Numbered from the whole stretch's first letter, positions 36,005-47,660 are shown. The stretch: DNA of 62,134 nt, filler included, from Squatina squatina (GCA_031763465.1; 4 parts of 4 records of this genome joined end to end with filler, not necessarily neighbours in it); one strand, 5' to 3'. Numbers and translations: made by a program. Notes: generated from the letters alone by a model not told the origin.

Positions 36005-38353
36005 AAGACCTCAAGTGGACAAGAAGCAATAATAGCACTCTGGATCTTCCTCACCAACTTCACATTTTATGGACACGCCCGAAGGGGCGACACCGAACGC
36101 TCACTGGTATTTGGCTGCACCGGAGGCTATAGCTCATGGTCACTGCACGAGGTGGGGGGCGACTCACCAGACAGAACGTGCTGGCACTTAGAGGACGATG
36201 GCCCGGGTGGGTAGGCTCAAATTCCACCAGTTTTATGGGAGGTCCAGATTTCACTTTCGGGGAGGCCTCGGTCAACTGCCCCAGGGTGCGAGTGATCCTG
36301 CAAAGGGTGAGGGTAGCTGATGGCAGAAGGGTCTGCCAGCGTTGCAAAGGCGAAATTCCCCGGGACAGTTGGTGGTGGCTTCGAAGGTTGGACGCACATA
36401 AGGCAGAAAAGACTGCGGCCTGGGAAATGTTAGGGAACAACACTTAGTGGAATGTTATCCCAGATCAGGAGGGAGCACAACTGTGTTGGAATAAGTAGTG
36501 GACCAAAGAGCAGGGGCTGTACATATGCGTTTGTGGGTACCTGACAGTTTGTTCCATTGGGGTTCCCACAGCATTCCACCGACAGTGGCAGGATGAGGGA
36601 AACGTTATTGGCTTGCACAGGAGTATGGCGACAAGCAATGCATTTAATCCCCTGGGGGTTTTACATGCGACTGAGAACCTGACACAGAAGATTGGACGAC
36701 ACCCCACCCCCGACCGGTTAGGGATGATGAGACTCACTGCCCCCACACCAACACCGACCCCGAGAATGGCCGAGTGCTGATACCAAATAAGAAAGTACTA
36801 TTCCACGAGGTCCAGTACCAAGTGGCCTCAGTGGTGTTGAACATGACCCAGGTCCAGCTACCACCCTGCTGTCCCACAAAGGCTGGACGTTTATAAGAGC
36901 ACTGCTCCGCGATATGTACCAGCAGTTCTTTGAACTCGATTACAGTGATTTAAAAACACCCCATGTCTACCCCAAGGACACCAATCGACCCGGGAGTGGG
37001 AAACATGGCCTGATCAACGATGCTGCCACTATGTTCAACACGGGAACGTCTGTAATATATAGGTTAGATGAAGCTGCTTTAGGCATACAAATAAGTAAAC
37101 TCAAAGGCCAGATGCGAAAGGTCCTTGAGGAAGGGAATAATATTGTAACTCAGGAACTGCATCAGGTTCAAGCCATGATGATCCACCTGCGGGAGGTGAT
37201 AACACAGCATGAATCCCACGCACATACCATCAATGCCCTTATAACCAAAGACAACAATGCCTCAGTGGAAGCGACGCGGAATGAAGCATGTGTGTTTTAT
37301 GGCAGTCGGTTATTGAAATAGGGATGCAGTATTTGAAGGACCTGAGAGTGGGTTGCGTTCCCTCATTGATAACTAATCGCCATCTGATGGCTATCATTCC
37401 GTACTGGAACAACCTGAGCCCTTGACAGATCAGAGCTATAGCAGAGGCCTACCCAATCGCCATGGACTGTGGTAAGTCCAACCACACTGTGATGGGGGTA
37501 GTATTACGGATTCCTGTGCTGGACGATCCCAGCATGTGTGTTCCATATTGGGGTGATCAGGGACGGGGTCTATATGAGGCACAGGAACGTCCCACCCTTT
37601 GTTGTCCAGTGGAAGACCAGGATGGTGGGCACCAATGTGAAGTGGTGCTGCGTGCATGGGAGAATTTGGTTCTCTGCCCCCAGCACATCAACCCTTTTGA
37701 CAATCTGGTGTGTGGGTTTTAATCACAAAGCGTTGAGCCGCTGCAATGCAACATGGAGGCGACTGCAGGCGAACACATATTGCCTCAGGTGGCATACCAG
37801 AGCAACGGAACGTACTGGGTCACATCTTCAGTGATAAGATATCGGTTCCACCGGGACACGATATGTCCGGTGACCGCGTGTACTTTCTGTTGTAAATCGC
37901 AGGCCAATTTTCAGCTTGTTAACTGCCTCATCCTCCCAATCCGTGACCTCACCATCACCATCACAGCCAACAGCTCCATTGCAGACCTGCATGATTACGT
38001 CGCCACATTGGGGTACGTAATTCCCCCGTTACTGGAACACCTCACGGCTCTCCTCAAAGCCGTTGAAGTGAGCCGAACTCACTTCTACCAGCTTGCGCAA
38101 ACCAATGGGAGAGCAGAAAGGCCACAGCCGCGACCGGAGTGGGGGATTCTTGTGGGATTTCTGGATGAACGTGGAAATATCAACCTGGATCACAATCGCC
38201 TCGTACACTCTGGTCATCATCCAGTTGGTATTGGTTATATAACTGCTAAAATGTCTTGCCGAGGCCACCAACAGGCAACACGGTGGTATCGCCTCATAGC
38301 AACGTGGGACATCCGTGTCAGAGCCCTTCATCTTCCCCAGCTTTGATTTGTAA
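36002..38353 (+). pseudogene. env: env-like glycoprotein (disrupted): signal peptide, Ig-like domain, F-like class I fusion ectodomain, TM anchor
   Basis: N-terminal AIIALWIFLTNF. Decayed cleavage site RPGSGKH|GLINDAATMFNTGTSV followed by a long heptad-like helix. Cys-rich block (LCPQH...VCG...CNM...NGTYWV...CPV...FC). W-rich juxtamembrane segment and TM WITIASYTLVIIQLVLVI*LLKCL at about 38186-38257. Confidence 0.78.
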
Positions 38354-38828
38354 GAACCGACAGCATCCAACTCCCCGGTACTACCCTTCTAAACTTGTCT
38401 TTTTCCTCTTTTCACTGGTTATTTATATCAAGTCTACATTAAATAAAGGTAAGCATGGGTATTTTGTGCTGTTAAATTATATAGAAGGCACTCATAATAT
38501 GAGGTGCCGATTGCGGGGAAACTTTTAGAGGTATCCGTTTTTTCCTACTTTGTACAATACGGATCTCTGTGTAGTGTATGTATTACTAATTATGTTCATC
38601 AAGTTTGGAGTGCCCTAAAGAAGATCAGTCGCCCATCCCACCCAAAGACAGGGAAGGGGAGCGGGGTGGATCCCCGGGGAACCCAACAACACAGCTTAAG
38701 AGCCTGAGTCTAAGGGACGGTGGGGAGGTAAAATTTGGTTTATGAGAGACTGCTGCAGAGTCCGATGACACCAATTTTGGCGTATTCCTTCACCTGAGGG
38801 ATCAGGAAGCTGAGGCAGCTTCACCCTC

Positions 38829-38999
38829 GAAGGGGCATCTGTAAGAATCGGGACAAAATGGTGTGTGTTTCAGATCATAAAACCAGGACCACGCAACATG
38901 GGACAAAATGGTAGACATGGGTTCGGAAATTTAAAACACAGAACACGAACCGGCAGGAAGTGAATTACTGCAAAACTCTGTCAATCAAAGAGACAATAC
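38829..38999 (+). repeat. Polypurine tract and start of 3' LTR (truncated by CR1)
   Basis: gaaggggcatc followed by TGTAAG at 38840. Tandem GGACAAAATGGT motifs at 38851 and 38901. The sequence switches to CR1 at about 39000. Confidence 0.55.
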
Positions 39000-40252
39000 A
39001 AGGTAGTAATCTCTGGATTACTACCAGTGCCACGTGCGAGTCAGAGTAGAAATAGGAGGAATATTCAGATGAATAGGTGGCTTCAGAAATGGTGCAAGGG
39101 GGAGGGATTCAAATTCGTGGGACATTGGAACCGGTTCTGGGAAAGGTGGGACCAGTAAAACCCGACAGTCTGCACCTGGTCAGGAGGGGAACAAATGTCC
39201 TGGGGGGAGTGTTTGCGCGTGCTGTTGGGGAGAGTTTAAACTAATATGGCAGGGGGATGGGAACGAATGCAGGGAGACAGAGGGACGTAAAATGTGGGCA
39301 GAAGCAAAAAGTAGGAAGGAGAAAAGTAAAAGTGGAAGGCAGAGAAATCAAGGGCAAATATCAAAAAGGGCCACCTTACAGCATAATTCTATAAGGGCCA
39401 AGAGTGTTATAAAAACAAGTCTGATGGCTTTTTTGTCTTAATACGAAAAGCATTCGTAATAAGGTAGATGAATTAAATGTGCAGATAGTTGTTGACGGAT
39501 ATCATATAGTTGGGGGTACGGAGACATGGTTCCAGGGTGACCAAGGCTGGGAGCTGAACATTCAGGGGTATTCAATATTCAGGAAGGTCAGACACAAAGG
39601 AAAAGGAGGTGGGGTAGCTTTGCTTTTTGGAGAGGATATTCACGCAACAGTAAGGAAGGACATTAGCTAGGATGGTGTGGCATTTGTATGGGTAGAGCTG
39701 CGAAAAACTAAGGGTCAGAAAACGCTTTTGGGAGTTGTGTGCAGGCCACCAAACAGTAGTAGTGAGATTGGGGATGGAATCAAACTGGAAATTTGGGATG
39801 CATGCAATAAAGTTACTGCAGTTATCATGGATGACATTAATCTACATATACATTGGGCTAACCAAATTGGTAATGCTACTGTGGACGAAGATTTTCTGGA
39901 ATGTATACGGGATGGTTTTCCAAACCAATAGGTCGATGAACCAACCAGAGAGCAGGCAATCCTAGACTGTGTGTTGTGTAATGAGGAAGGAATAGTGAGC
40001 AATCTTGTTGTGCGAGGCCCCTGAGGCAAGAGTGATCATAATATGGAAGAATTCTTCATTAGGATGGAGAGTGAGATCGTGAATTCAGAGACAAGTGTTT
40101 TAAACCTAAAAAAAAACGGTAACTTTGATGGTATGAGACGTGAATTGGCTAGGATAGACTGGCGAGTGAAACTTCAAGGGTTGACGGTGGATATGCAATG
40201 GCAAACATTTAAAGATCACATGGATGAACTACAAAAATTGTTCATCCCAGTC
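39000..40252 (+). mobile_element. CR1-like LINE: ORF1 SGNH-esterase C-terminus and ORF2 AP-endonuclease (disrupted)
   Basis: VVISGLLPVPRAS...WLQKWCKGEGFKFVGHW...LHL, then SIRNKVDEL...TETW...QGYSIFRKVR..KGGGVALL...EPTREQAILD...SDHN. Confidence 0.88.
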
Positions 40253-40296
40253 NNNNNNNNNNNNNNNNNNNNNNNNNNNNNNNNNNNNNNNNNNNN

Positions 40297-40308
40297 TTAA
40301 TTAATTAA
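40297..40308. other. Artificial scaffold linker TTAATTAATTAA
   Basis: N-padded six-frame stop linker. Confidence 0.95.
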
Positions 40309-41772
40309 NNNNNNNNNNNNNNNNNNNNNNNNNNNNNNNNNNNNNNNNNNNNACAGCGACATTACCGTGGAAAAGCCCAAGTTTTTGTCAGTTTCACCGA
40401 TTACACTGATTGCCGACTATGGGAGGGGCGGGGGGAGGGAGGGAGGTGCAGCCCACGGTGAAGCCAGTGTCGGAGCAGTCACTGACCACAATTGACCCAC
40501 ATTTAGATGCGCATGCGCTAAATCCTGAAGTCGCGGTCAGTTTCAAAGCAGTAACAACAGTGAACACAGCACCAACAGTAGACTATAGGACAATGTACAC
40601 AAATAACTTATAGAACCATTTTCATGTTTAGCTATTTTTGGTACACTATGAGACCCTGAATGTGGATTACTGCTTGCTTGCCATCCCTCAGGCTCTCTCA
40701 ATGTNNNNNNNNNNTCCAGAATTCTCTGCTGCCATCTCGGCTGGTATGCAAACAAAATGATTCTCAATAAGGAATAAGCTGCCTCTATTCAAATCTTTGA
40801 TATTGCTAAGTAGTCTGAGTTTGTCACCATCACTATGGTAACAGATTAGGGTATCAGAAGCTTGTACCAACAGTGCATCTTTCCTGTCTTAAATAAAATA
40901 AAACGGCACTGTTCCTTTGAATTTTAAGAATAATGGAAAGAACTATCAAAGTGATAATTGTACCCAACTGTAACCAAATTGTTTGCTCATCCTTGACACA
41001 AACGAAAACTGGAAGATTGTGAACACAAGTGCTTATAAATGTTGAACTCTATACAGGAGGGTAGTGACCAAGTGATGTAGTGAATAAAATACTTTTGCAG
41101 GTATGGGGAAAAAAGAGGCTTACACCAAATGTGGAATCTGCACCTACCAGCGACCCGGAGAAATCTCAAGTGCTGTCACAAGAAAAGGCAACACTTTGCA
41201 CTTTTCTTTCCTCAACACTTGATTTGCAATAACTTTAATTAAATACACCTTTCAATTAATCACAGCCCAGGCTGTTGTCCAAGGCATGGTGGCTATAGTG
41301 TTACATAATGCTTCCTAGTATACAGAGACTGACATATGGAATTTCCTCTATGGCTCTGATTTCTTACAGGTGTTTTGTGCCAAATTGAATCCTTCACCTT
41401 TGAAACTGGTTACATAGTATTGTCGTGCAGCTATACTTTAGTACTTGGATAATAGCCCCTGTTCACAATGGTGCGGAGTTGTAGGCGGAGCAGCAATTTT
41501 AATATTTGATTACTAAGTAATGAGCTAGGTTAATAAGTTTTTTTATGTGTTGAAACAATCATAGAAAACATGACNNNNNNNNNNNNNNNNNNNNNNNNNN
41601 NNNNNNNNNNNNNNNNNNNNNNNNNNNNNNNNNNNNNNNNNNNNNNNNNNNNNNNNNNNNNNNNNNNNNNNNNNCCTATCTTAAAGTATTGAGGTAAGGC
41701 AAGTGAATTACATGACCGAACAAGTGAACACAATGAGACACGGTGTTGATGCCAAATCCTCTTTGTCCTTAC

Positions 41773-41951
41773 CTCTCTCGATCCTGCTCAAGGAGGTTGG
41801 TGAAATCATCACTCTTGTTCATGTAATCTGTGTGCTTGTGCTTCTCATTTTCCAACTCATACACAGTACGCCTGTGACACTTTTCAGCCAGAAGCAGCTG
41901 CTCCAGCATTCGCCGATATGTCTCTCTGTGCTTCTCCACCAGCAGGTCCAG
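41773..41951 (-). CDS. FILIP1: FILIP1 exon (CortBP2 coiled-coil region)
   Basis: ctgcag/gtaagg boundaries on the minus strand. Reads [60 protein letters not shown], which matches FILIP1 rather than FILIP1L. Confidence 0.92.
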
Positions 41952-43545
41952 CTGCAGCCACAGAGAAGAAATATTACAATCACCTCTGGCCTGTTTGACC
42001 ACCTCTGACTGGATTCAATCCCTAGAACTTTGGTATTTTCAGCCCACCGAAAGATCTTCGCAAACTCCAGGGGCTGATTTCCCCCTCCCTGACATTTCTA
42101 CCCCCTCTCCTGCCGGTGCTGACATTTCCTGAGGGTGAAGACCAAGTGGCATTTCTTTATGCCTGAACTTAAGTGTCAGCCATTCAATGGGAGCAGACAT
42201 TACAGCCAAGCCCGATCCTGTCCTCCTCCTTTCCAGCCAAGCAGTTCCTNNNNNNNNNNNNNNNNNNNNNNNNNNNNNNNNNNNNNNNNNNNNNNNNNNN
42301 NNNNNNNNNNNNNNNNNNNNNNNNNNNNNNNNNNNNNNNNNNNNNNNNNCCATTGCCCTTACCCAGAATTTATGGATGAGGTCAGGCGGGTGCAGATCTC
42401 CCGCCACTATACTTCCAGTTGGGATTTTATACAGGCAGTAAAGCTATGCTTAATCCAGTTTGGAGTGGGCACCAGTTCTCAGCACTCTGACAGCCAATGA
42501 AGACAGGGACTATGAGAAAATAACACATCACACCAGTATAGTTGCTCTTGTACGATTAGGGTTGCAAAAGTCAGGCAGCTCTGCACTGCATTTGAGTTGG
42601 CCCATACCTGACCTGGTAATCCATGATGCAGTTATTAATTAGAAAGTGGAGACATTTTCCCATTCCTTCGTGCAGCCATTCACCTTGATAAACATGTGCT
42701 CCACATAACATCTCCCTCACAACTTTATAGCATTGTTTCATTTCTACCTGACTATGAATGGGTTTGTCCTTTTCACATGGGTTTGTTAAGCACTTGGAGA
42801 CATTTGCCTTTTTTTTAAATTTCCTGCCCACGCAAGTTTGTTCTGCTCTGCTGCCAAAGCACTCTCTGGGATGATGTCACTTTTCTCAGAACAGGGAAAT
42901 CAGGCAGGGAGTTTTGTTNNNNNNNNNNTAATTAATTATCTGCATGTTGGCCTTCAGCCAAAGAATATCACAATGCAAGTCCCTGAACATTAACCCTAAC
43001 AGTATGGTATTTCTGAATGAGTGACAAGTGGACCTTTCTGGTAAGCAATCACAATAGCCCTACTTACACAAGGTCAGTCGTACTACTTGTTTTGTCGGCG
43101 AGATTAAAGTTAGGCAATGAACGTGACAGCCTGTTTGCATGTCACTGGTGCTTTGTGTTATCAAAAAATCCGTTGGCGCTTTCTGCTAGATCTTAGTAAT
43201 TGTGGGATTTCTCAGATATCTTGTGTGCACACAGATCCAAAAATGTTAAGAATTAATGTTGGAGACAGAATCTGTCAGTGAGCAGCTAGCTTCCATGATA
43301 CATTAACATTGGGAAACGTAAACAGCCCCTTTTTTTCAATGACTATTTACTTGTTCTCTCCCCTGCCCAGATTCTTTCCCTTCCTCCCCTGAAGGATGTG
43401 CCCATGCAAAGGTATGCTCCAATAGCAGTGTCAATTGCCCATCTTCATGCAACGTAGGTGGACAATCATAGTCGAGACAATTCTGTTGTCACCCAAAGTC
43501 CATGTATGCGCAACATTCCAACAAGGGTCATTGGATAACATTTGC

Positions 43546-44150
43546 GGGGGGAAATTGCGTACTGCCATGGTTGGGGGCGGTAACAGCTGCAGGATGGGAC
43601 TTCCTGCGCCAGACGCATGAGCTGAATTGGGCTTACCGCCCCCGAGAGGAAGTGGAGCGCAAAATCTCACGTTCCACTTCCTCTCGGGGATGGGACCAAG
43701 GCGCTAGCCAATGTGAATTTTCCAGTGCTATGCAGAGGGACGTGTAGCGCTGGTGGGAAAACAGGGCCCTCCTCTTCCATTAAAAGGGAGGGCACGCTGC
43801 CGACTCTGCAGTGGGGTGAGGGGCCACTACTTCGCCACCGGGGAATGGGGTGCCATGGCAACAGCTCGGCACAGAAACGGAGAGCCGGGCTGCACCATGG
43901 CGTCATGGACCCCATGAATTCCACAAGGCAAGGCCGCTACCGGTAAATCGGCCATTTTAAATAAAGCGCTAGCCGCACCTCCCCTTTAATTTTCGCCCTG
44001 CGAAAGGCCTACGGGCCCGGTACGTGTCCCGTGAAGCTGCCGCTGTCATCGCCCGTGGCAGCCTCATGTATCGCTACCGAATTTCTGCTCCGGGGTGAAA
44101 ATGGGTCGCATCGCACATGGATGACATCGTCATCGCTGATGCAGCGGCCC
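43546..44150. mobile_element. GC-rich Harbinger-type MITE fragment
   Basis: Begins gggggaaattgc. CpG-rich, with ccccttta motifs like the element at 21085. Confidence 0.45.
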
Positions 44151-44152
44151 GA

Positions 44153-44330
44153 GGCACTATCGGCAACAGCGGGGCACTATCGGCAACAGCGCGGTACTAT
44201 CGGCAGGAACAGGGCGATATCGGCAGGAACAGGGCAATATCGGCAACAGCGGGGCACTATCGGCAGGAACAGGACACTATCGGCAGGAACAGGGCAATAT
44301 CGGCAGGAGCAGGGCAATATCGGCAGGAAC
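44153..44330. repeat. 20-bp minisatellite (CGGCARSARCRGGGCAMTAT)n, about 9 copies, running into a gap
   Basis: Directly visible tandem units cggcaacagcggggcactat and cggcaggaacagggcaatat. Confidence 0.9.
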
Positions 44331-44749
44331 NNNNNNNNNNNNNNNNNNNNNNNNNNNNNNNNNNNNNNNNNNNNNNNNNNNNNNNNNNNNNNNNNNNNNN
44401 NNNNNNNNNNNNNNNNNNNNNNNNNNNNNNCTAGCCTCCCCAGCCCGAAACACTCATCCAAGAGAACAGATGGGCCACCTGCTTCCAGGCTTCTGCTCAC
44501 ACTGATCCAATGGCTGTTAGAAGCTGTGTGATAATGTTCAGCTGACAAATGTTCATTCTGCATTTGCCCTATGGACAGTGTTAAGATTGGCAATTCAACA
44601 GAATGGCCGACTTTGGTTGTGGGACAAGTTCCACCGTTCCATGTCACTACGTGTTGCAGTTTCAATGTTTTCTGCACCACCATTTGGCAGCCGTTTGTAA
44701 CCTACAATATGTGTTTGCAAATGTTCAAAGTATTGTACATGCTTCTCAC

Positions 44750-45000
44750 CTCTATTTCTCCTTCCATTATACTGAGCAGACGCAGAAGGTCATCTTTGGA
44801 GAGCTCCAGTAACTTCTGCCTTCGCTCACTTTCTTCCAAAGACTTCCGATGTTTCCTTACAGGGCCTGATACCCCCAACACTTTCTCAGCATCATTTTGC
44901 CAGTGAGTTTTATTCTTCTTTTTGCTGCCTATACAAATACCTTCCTCGTCTTCATGATTGTTATTGCTGGACGCATGTCCATGGGATGGAGATTCCCCAC
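44750..45000 (-). CDS. FILIP1: FILIP1 first coding exon (5' part lost in gap)
   Basis: Reads GESPSHGH...LELSKDDLLRLLSIMEGEIE followed by a gtgaga donor, matching the FILIP1 N-terminus. Confidence 0.85.
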
Positions 45001-45100
45001 NNNNNNNNNNNNNNNNNNNNNNNNNNNNNNNNNNNNNNNNNNNNNNNNNNNNNNNNNNNNNNNNNNNNNNNNNNNNNNNNNNNNNNNNNNNNNNNNNNNN

Positions 45101-45705
45101 ACAACACATTCAAACTTGAGAGGAAAGGGAGGTTGGAGATGGGGCGGTAGTTTGCAAGAACGGGGTAGTCAAGGGCTGTTTTTCTGAGGAGAGAGGTGGT
45201 GACAGAAAATTTGAAGGAGAGGGGGACATTACCTGAGCAGAGAGAACGGTTAACAATGTCAGCTAACATGGGGGCCAGGAAGGGAAGTTGGGTGGTCAGC
45301 AGTTTAGTGAGAATAGGGTCGAGGGAGCAGGAAGCATGGACAAGATAAGCTCAGAGCGGGCAAGAGGAGAGACAGGAAGGAAACTAGAGAAAGATGCGAG
45401 TTCAGGGCTAGGGCAAGGGGAAACCTTAGAAGAAGTTTGGCCCGGTGGGCTAGGGGAAGGGAGGGAAGTGGCAGAGGTAGCTGAACGAATGGTCTCAATT
45501 TTAGAGATATAAAAGTCCATGAGCTCCTCGCACCTGTTGTTGGAGGTAAGGGTGGAGGACTCAGGGGAGAGGGGTTTAAGAATATGGTTAGCAGTAGAGA
45601 ATGATTCAAGAATAGTGAGTAGTTTTAGCAGACAAGAGTATGACCCGATAATGCTCTATGCGGTCCAGCCAGATCTGGTGGTGAATGGCTAAACCAGTTT
45701 TCAGT
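45101..45705 (-). mobile_element. L2/CR1-clade LINE ORF2 fragment
   Basis: DFYISKIETIRS...LADIVNRSLCSGNVP...LANYRPISNLPFLS. A homologous copy lies at 55047-55937. Confidence 0.8.
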
Positions 45706-47142
45706 CATATAGTGGCATAGAGTAGCATTCTGATTTGAATACACATCATTTCAGAGGGAATGGCATATGACAAGGGAGGAGCTAAGATGAGGAGGAAAAC
45801 ACAACCCAAAAATGGGAGTGTGTAATATCTGTATACTTGAAGTATGCAATATAATCCTGCATGACTGCATCACCCCTGTAAATAGCAAAGTTAATCACAC
45901 AGGATTAAGCAGCATACTTGACAATCTCGTAGGACATCTTTGCAGCCTGTTCCTTTCTTAAGCAACAGGGTGTTCGATTAAATATTATGTGCAATCAGGC
46001 AAAGATAAACTGGCAATTATGTGACAACATGGAACTGCACATTCAAGTCAACTGAGTAAACAAGGCAACACAAGTTTCTGAGTTGGACTATACTGGCGCA
46101 ATGACTCATTCCAAAAATAAGATGCAATTTTAACACAGGAGAGATGAACAGTCTCCTGTTGCTAAAGATGAGATTTGATGTACTACCCAGCGGAGTACTT
46201 TGTGTGGATCACAGCTTTCATTGCTTGGGAATTTCACCAGGGGTTGCTGCCACTAATAGGCGGGAACGCTCGTAATCTCTGCTATTTAGCCAGAATGGGA
46301 ATGCCAATAGCACAACCAGGCTTAAAGGTAATACATATTAGTACTGGAGGAAGCCAAAATTCTTGTGTTTGGGAAAAGCTGGTAGTTGTACCTTAGGGAG
46401 TATTATGCGAGGTCTATTCTCCCAGCAATATTGTGTTGTGTATCACTTGCAAGCAAGCAAAAGAGTCGTTACTAAGTGCCAAGTGGGATTTTAAAAATAG
46501 CCTGGGAGTGAGGGCTTTGAAATGTTGCCTGTGTAGAACCTTGGGAACAGGGAATTAACTTGTCCTTTAAAAAAAGTAATCAACAGTTGGGCTGATAAGG
46601 TTTTGTTTGCATTGGAGAAGGAGAGAATATTCACCCGGCCAATATTTTCATCGGTGGGTTACACTTAGATCGGCTGAGAATTTAAGTTGCATACACCAGA
46701 ACATACAAACAAGTGAAAATCAACGTAAACAATCAGAGTGAATAATGGCCCCGTTTTTGTTGAGAACATAAACCCAATTAAGCAAAAGACAACATAATTT
46801 AACCTGACAACACTGTGTAGTTCTGTGCCTTGAATTGAGATTTTATGGTATAATATTGAACTTCCTTTAACCCATGGAAATTCAATGTAAACACTCCAAC
46901 TTAATTCCTACTGTCACAATGCATAATTGTTACGGTACTCAAGTGATTCAGCAAAGCATGCCAATACCATCAATACATACAATGGTACAGCTCAGGAAGA
47001 CTTGCTCCTATAGCAGATAAATAGACCTCTCCCCATGGCTTACTAAATAAATGCATTGGCTGGTGCAGTATCTAGCCATACAACTGATAAGTGTGTTGGC
47101 CAGAGCTGGGCTGCAGGAGGAGATACAAGATTGGGGAAAGTG

Positions 47143-47660
47143 TCAGTCATGGCTCAGTGGCAGCACTCTTGTCTCTGAGTCAGAAGGTTGTGGGTTCAAG
47201 CCCCCAGAGACTTGAGCACATAGTCTCCAGTGCAGTATTGAGGGATTGCACAGGCAAGGATTTCAGTGGCAATGTTGCAGAGGTGGAAATAAGCAGTCTT
47301 AAGTGATGCATAGGATGTGGAGTTTGAACCTGAGCTCAGGGTTGAACAAGACTCCAAGGTCTCAGAATGGTCTGATTCAGCCTGCGACAGTGGCTGTGGA
47401 GGGGCTGGGCAATTAGTGGCAGGTCAGAGGTGTTTGTAGTGAGACTGATAATTTATTGCTTTGGCGTTCCCAATGTGCAGTTAGAGATAGTTGTGAATTG
47501 TCCACAACTGGATGGTGAATAAGGCATCTGACAGCATGGAGAGGAGGTCATGGGTTTTGAGAGTGGCAGTGGAGAGATAAAGTTGGGTGTCATCAGCATG
47601 CACATGGAAGCTGACCCCGTGCCTGCGGGTAATGTCACTGAGGGGCAGGAGGAGAAGGGA
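47143..47660. mobile_element. SINE head (+) adjacent to L2-like RT fragment (-)
   Basis: tRNA-like tggctcagtgg...gggttcaagccc head. The minus strand reads [17 protein letters not shown] (YADD-equivalent). Confidence 0.7.

Larger units (their letters stand above)
28257..38999 (+). mobile_element. Decayed endogenous retrovirus-like element (lokiretrovirus-like): LTR-gag-pro-pol-env-PPT-LTR stub
   Basis: Ordered remnants of capsid MHR, CCHC knuckle, aspartic protease, YVDD RT, tether, RNase H, HHCC/core/GPY-F integrase and a signal-peptide-to-TM glycoprotein. It is CpG-rich relative to its flanks and has many stops and frameshifts. Confidence 0.88.

Noticed and set aside
29222-36746. Many minus-strand ORFs across the retroelement considered as antisense accessory genes
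   Set aside because: They are short, motif-free and expected from GC-rich coding sequence on the opposite strand.
28257-38999. Classification as a foamy virus or plain Ty3/Gypsy element
   Set aside because: The CCHC knuckle and F-like env argue against a spumavirus. The second RNase H and a spliced env argue against an ordinary Gypsy. A phylogeny is still needed.
44153-44330. Regular 20-bp repeats considered as a CRISPR array or repeat protein
   Set aside because: The units are directly tandem with no unique spacers, in a eukaryotic context, so this is a minisatellite.
47143-47215. tRNA-like sequence with A/B boxes (also near 54190, 1885-1911 and 15530-15556)
   Set aside because: It is the head of the Deu-domain SINE and continues into SINE body sequence, so it is not a tRNA gene.
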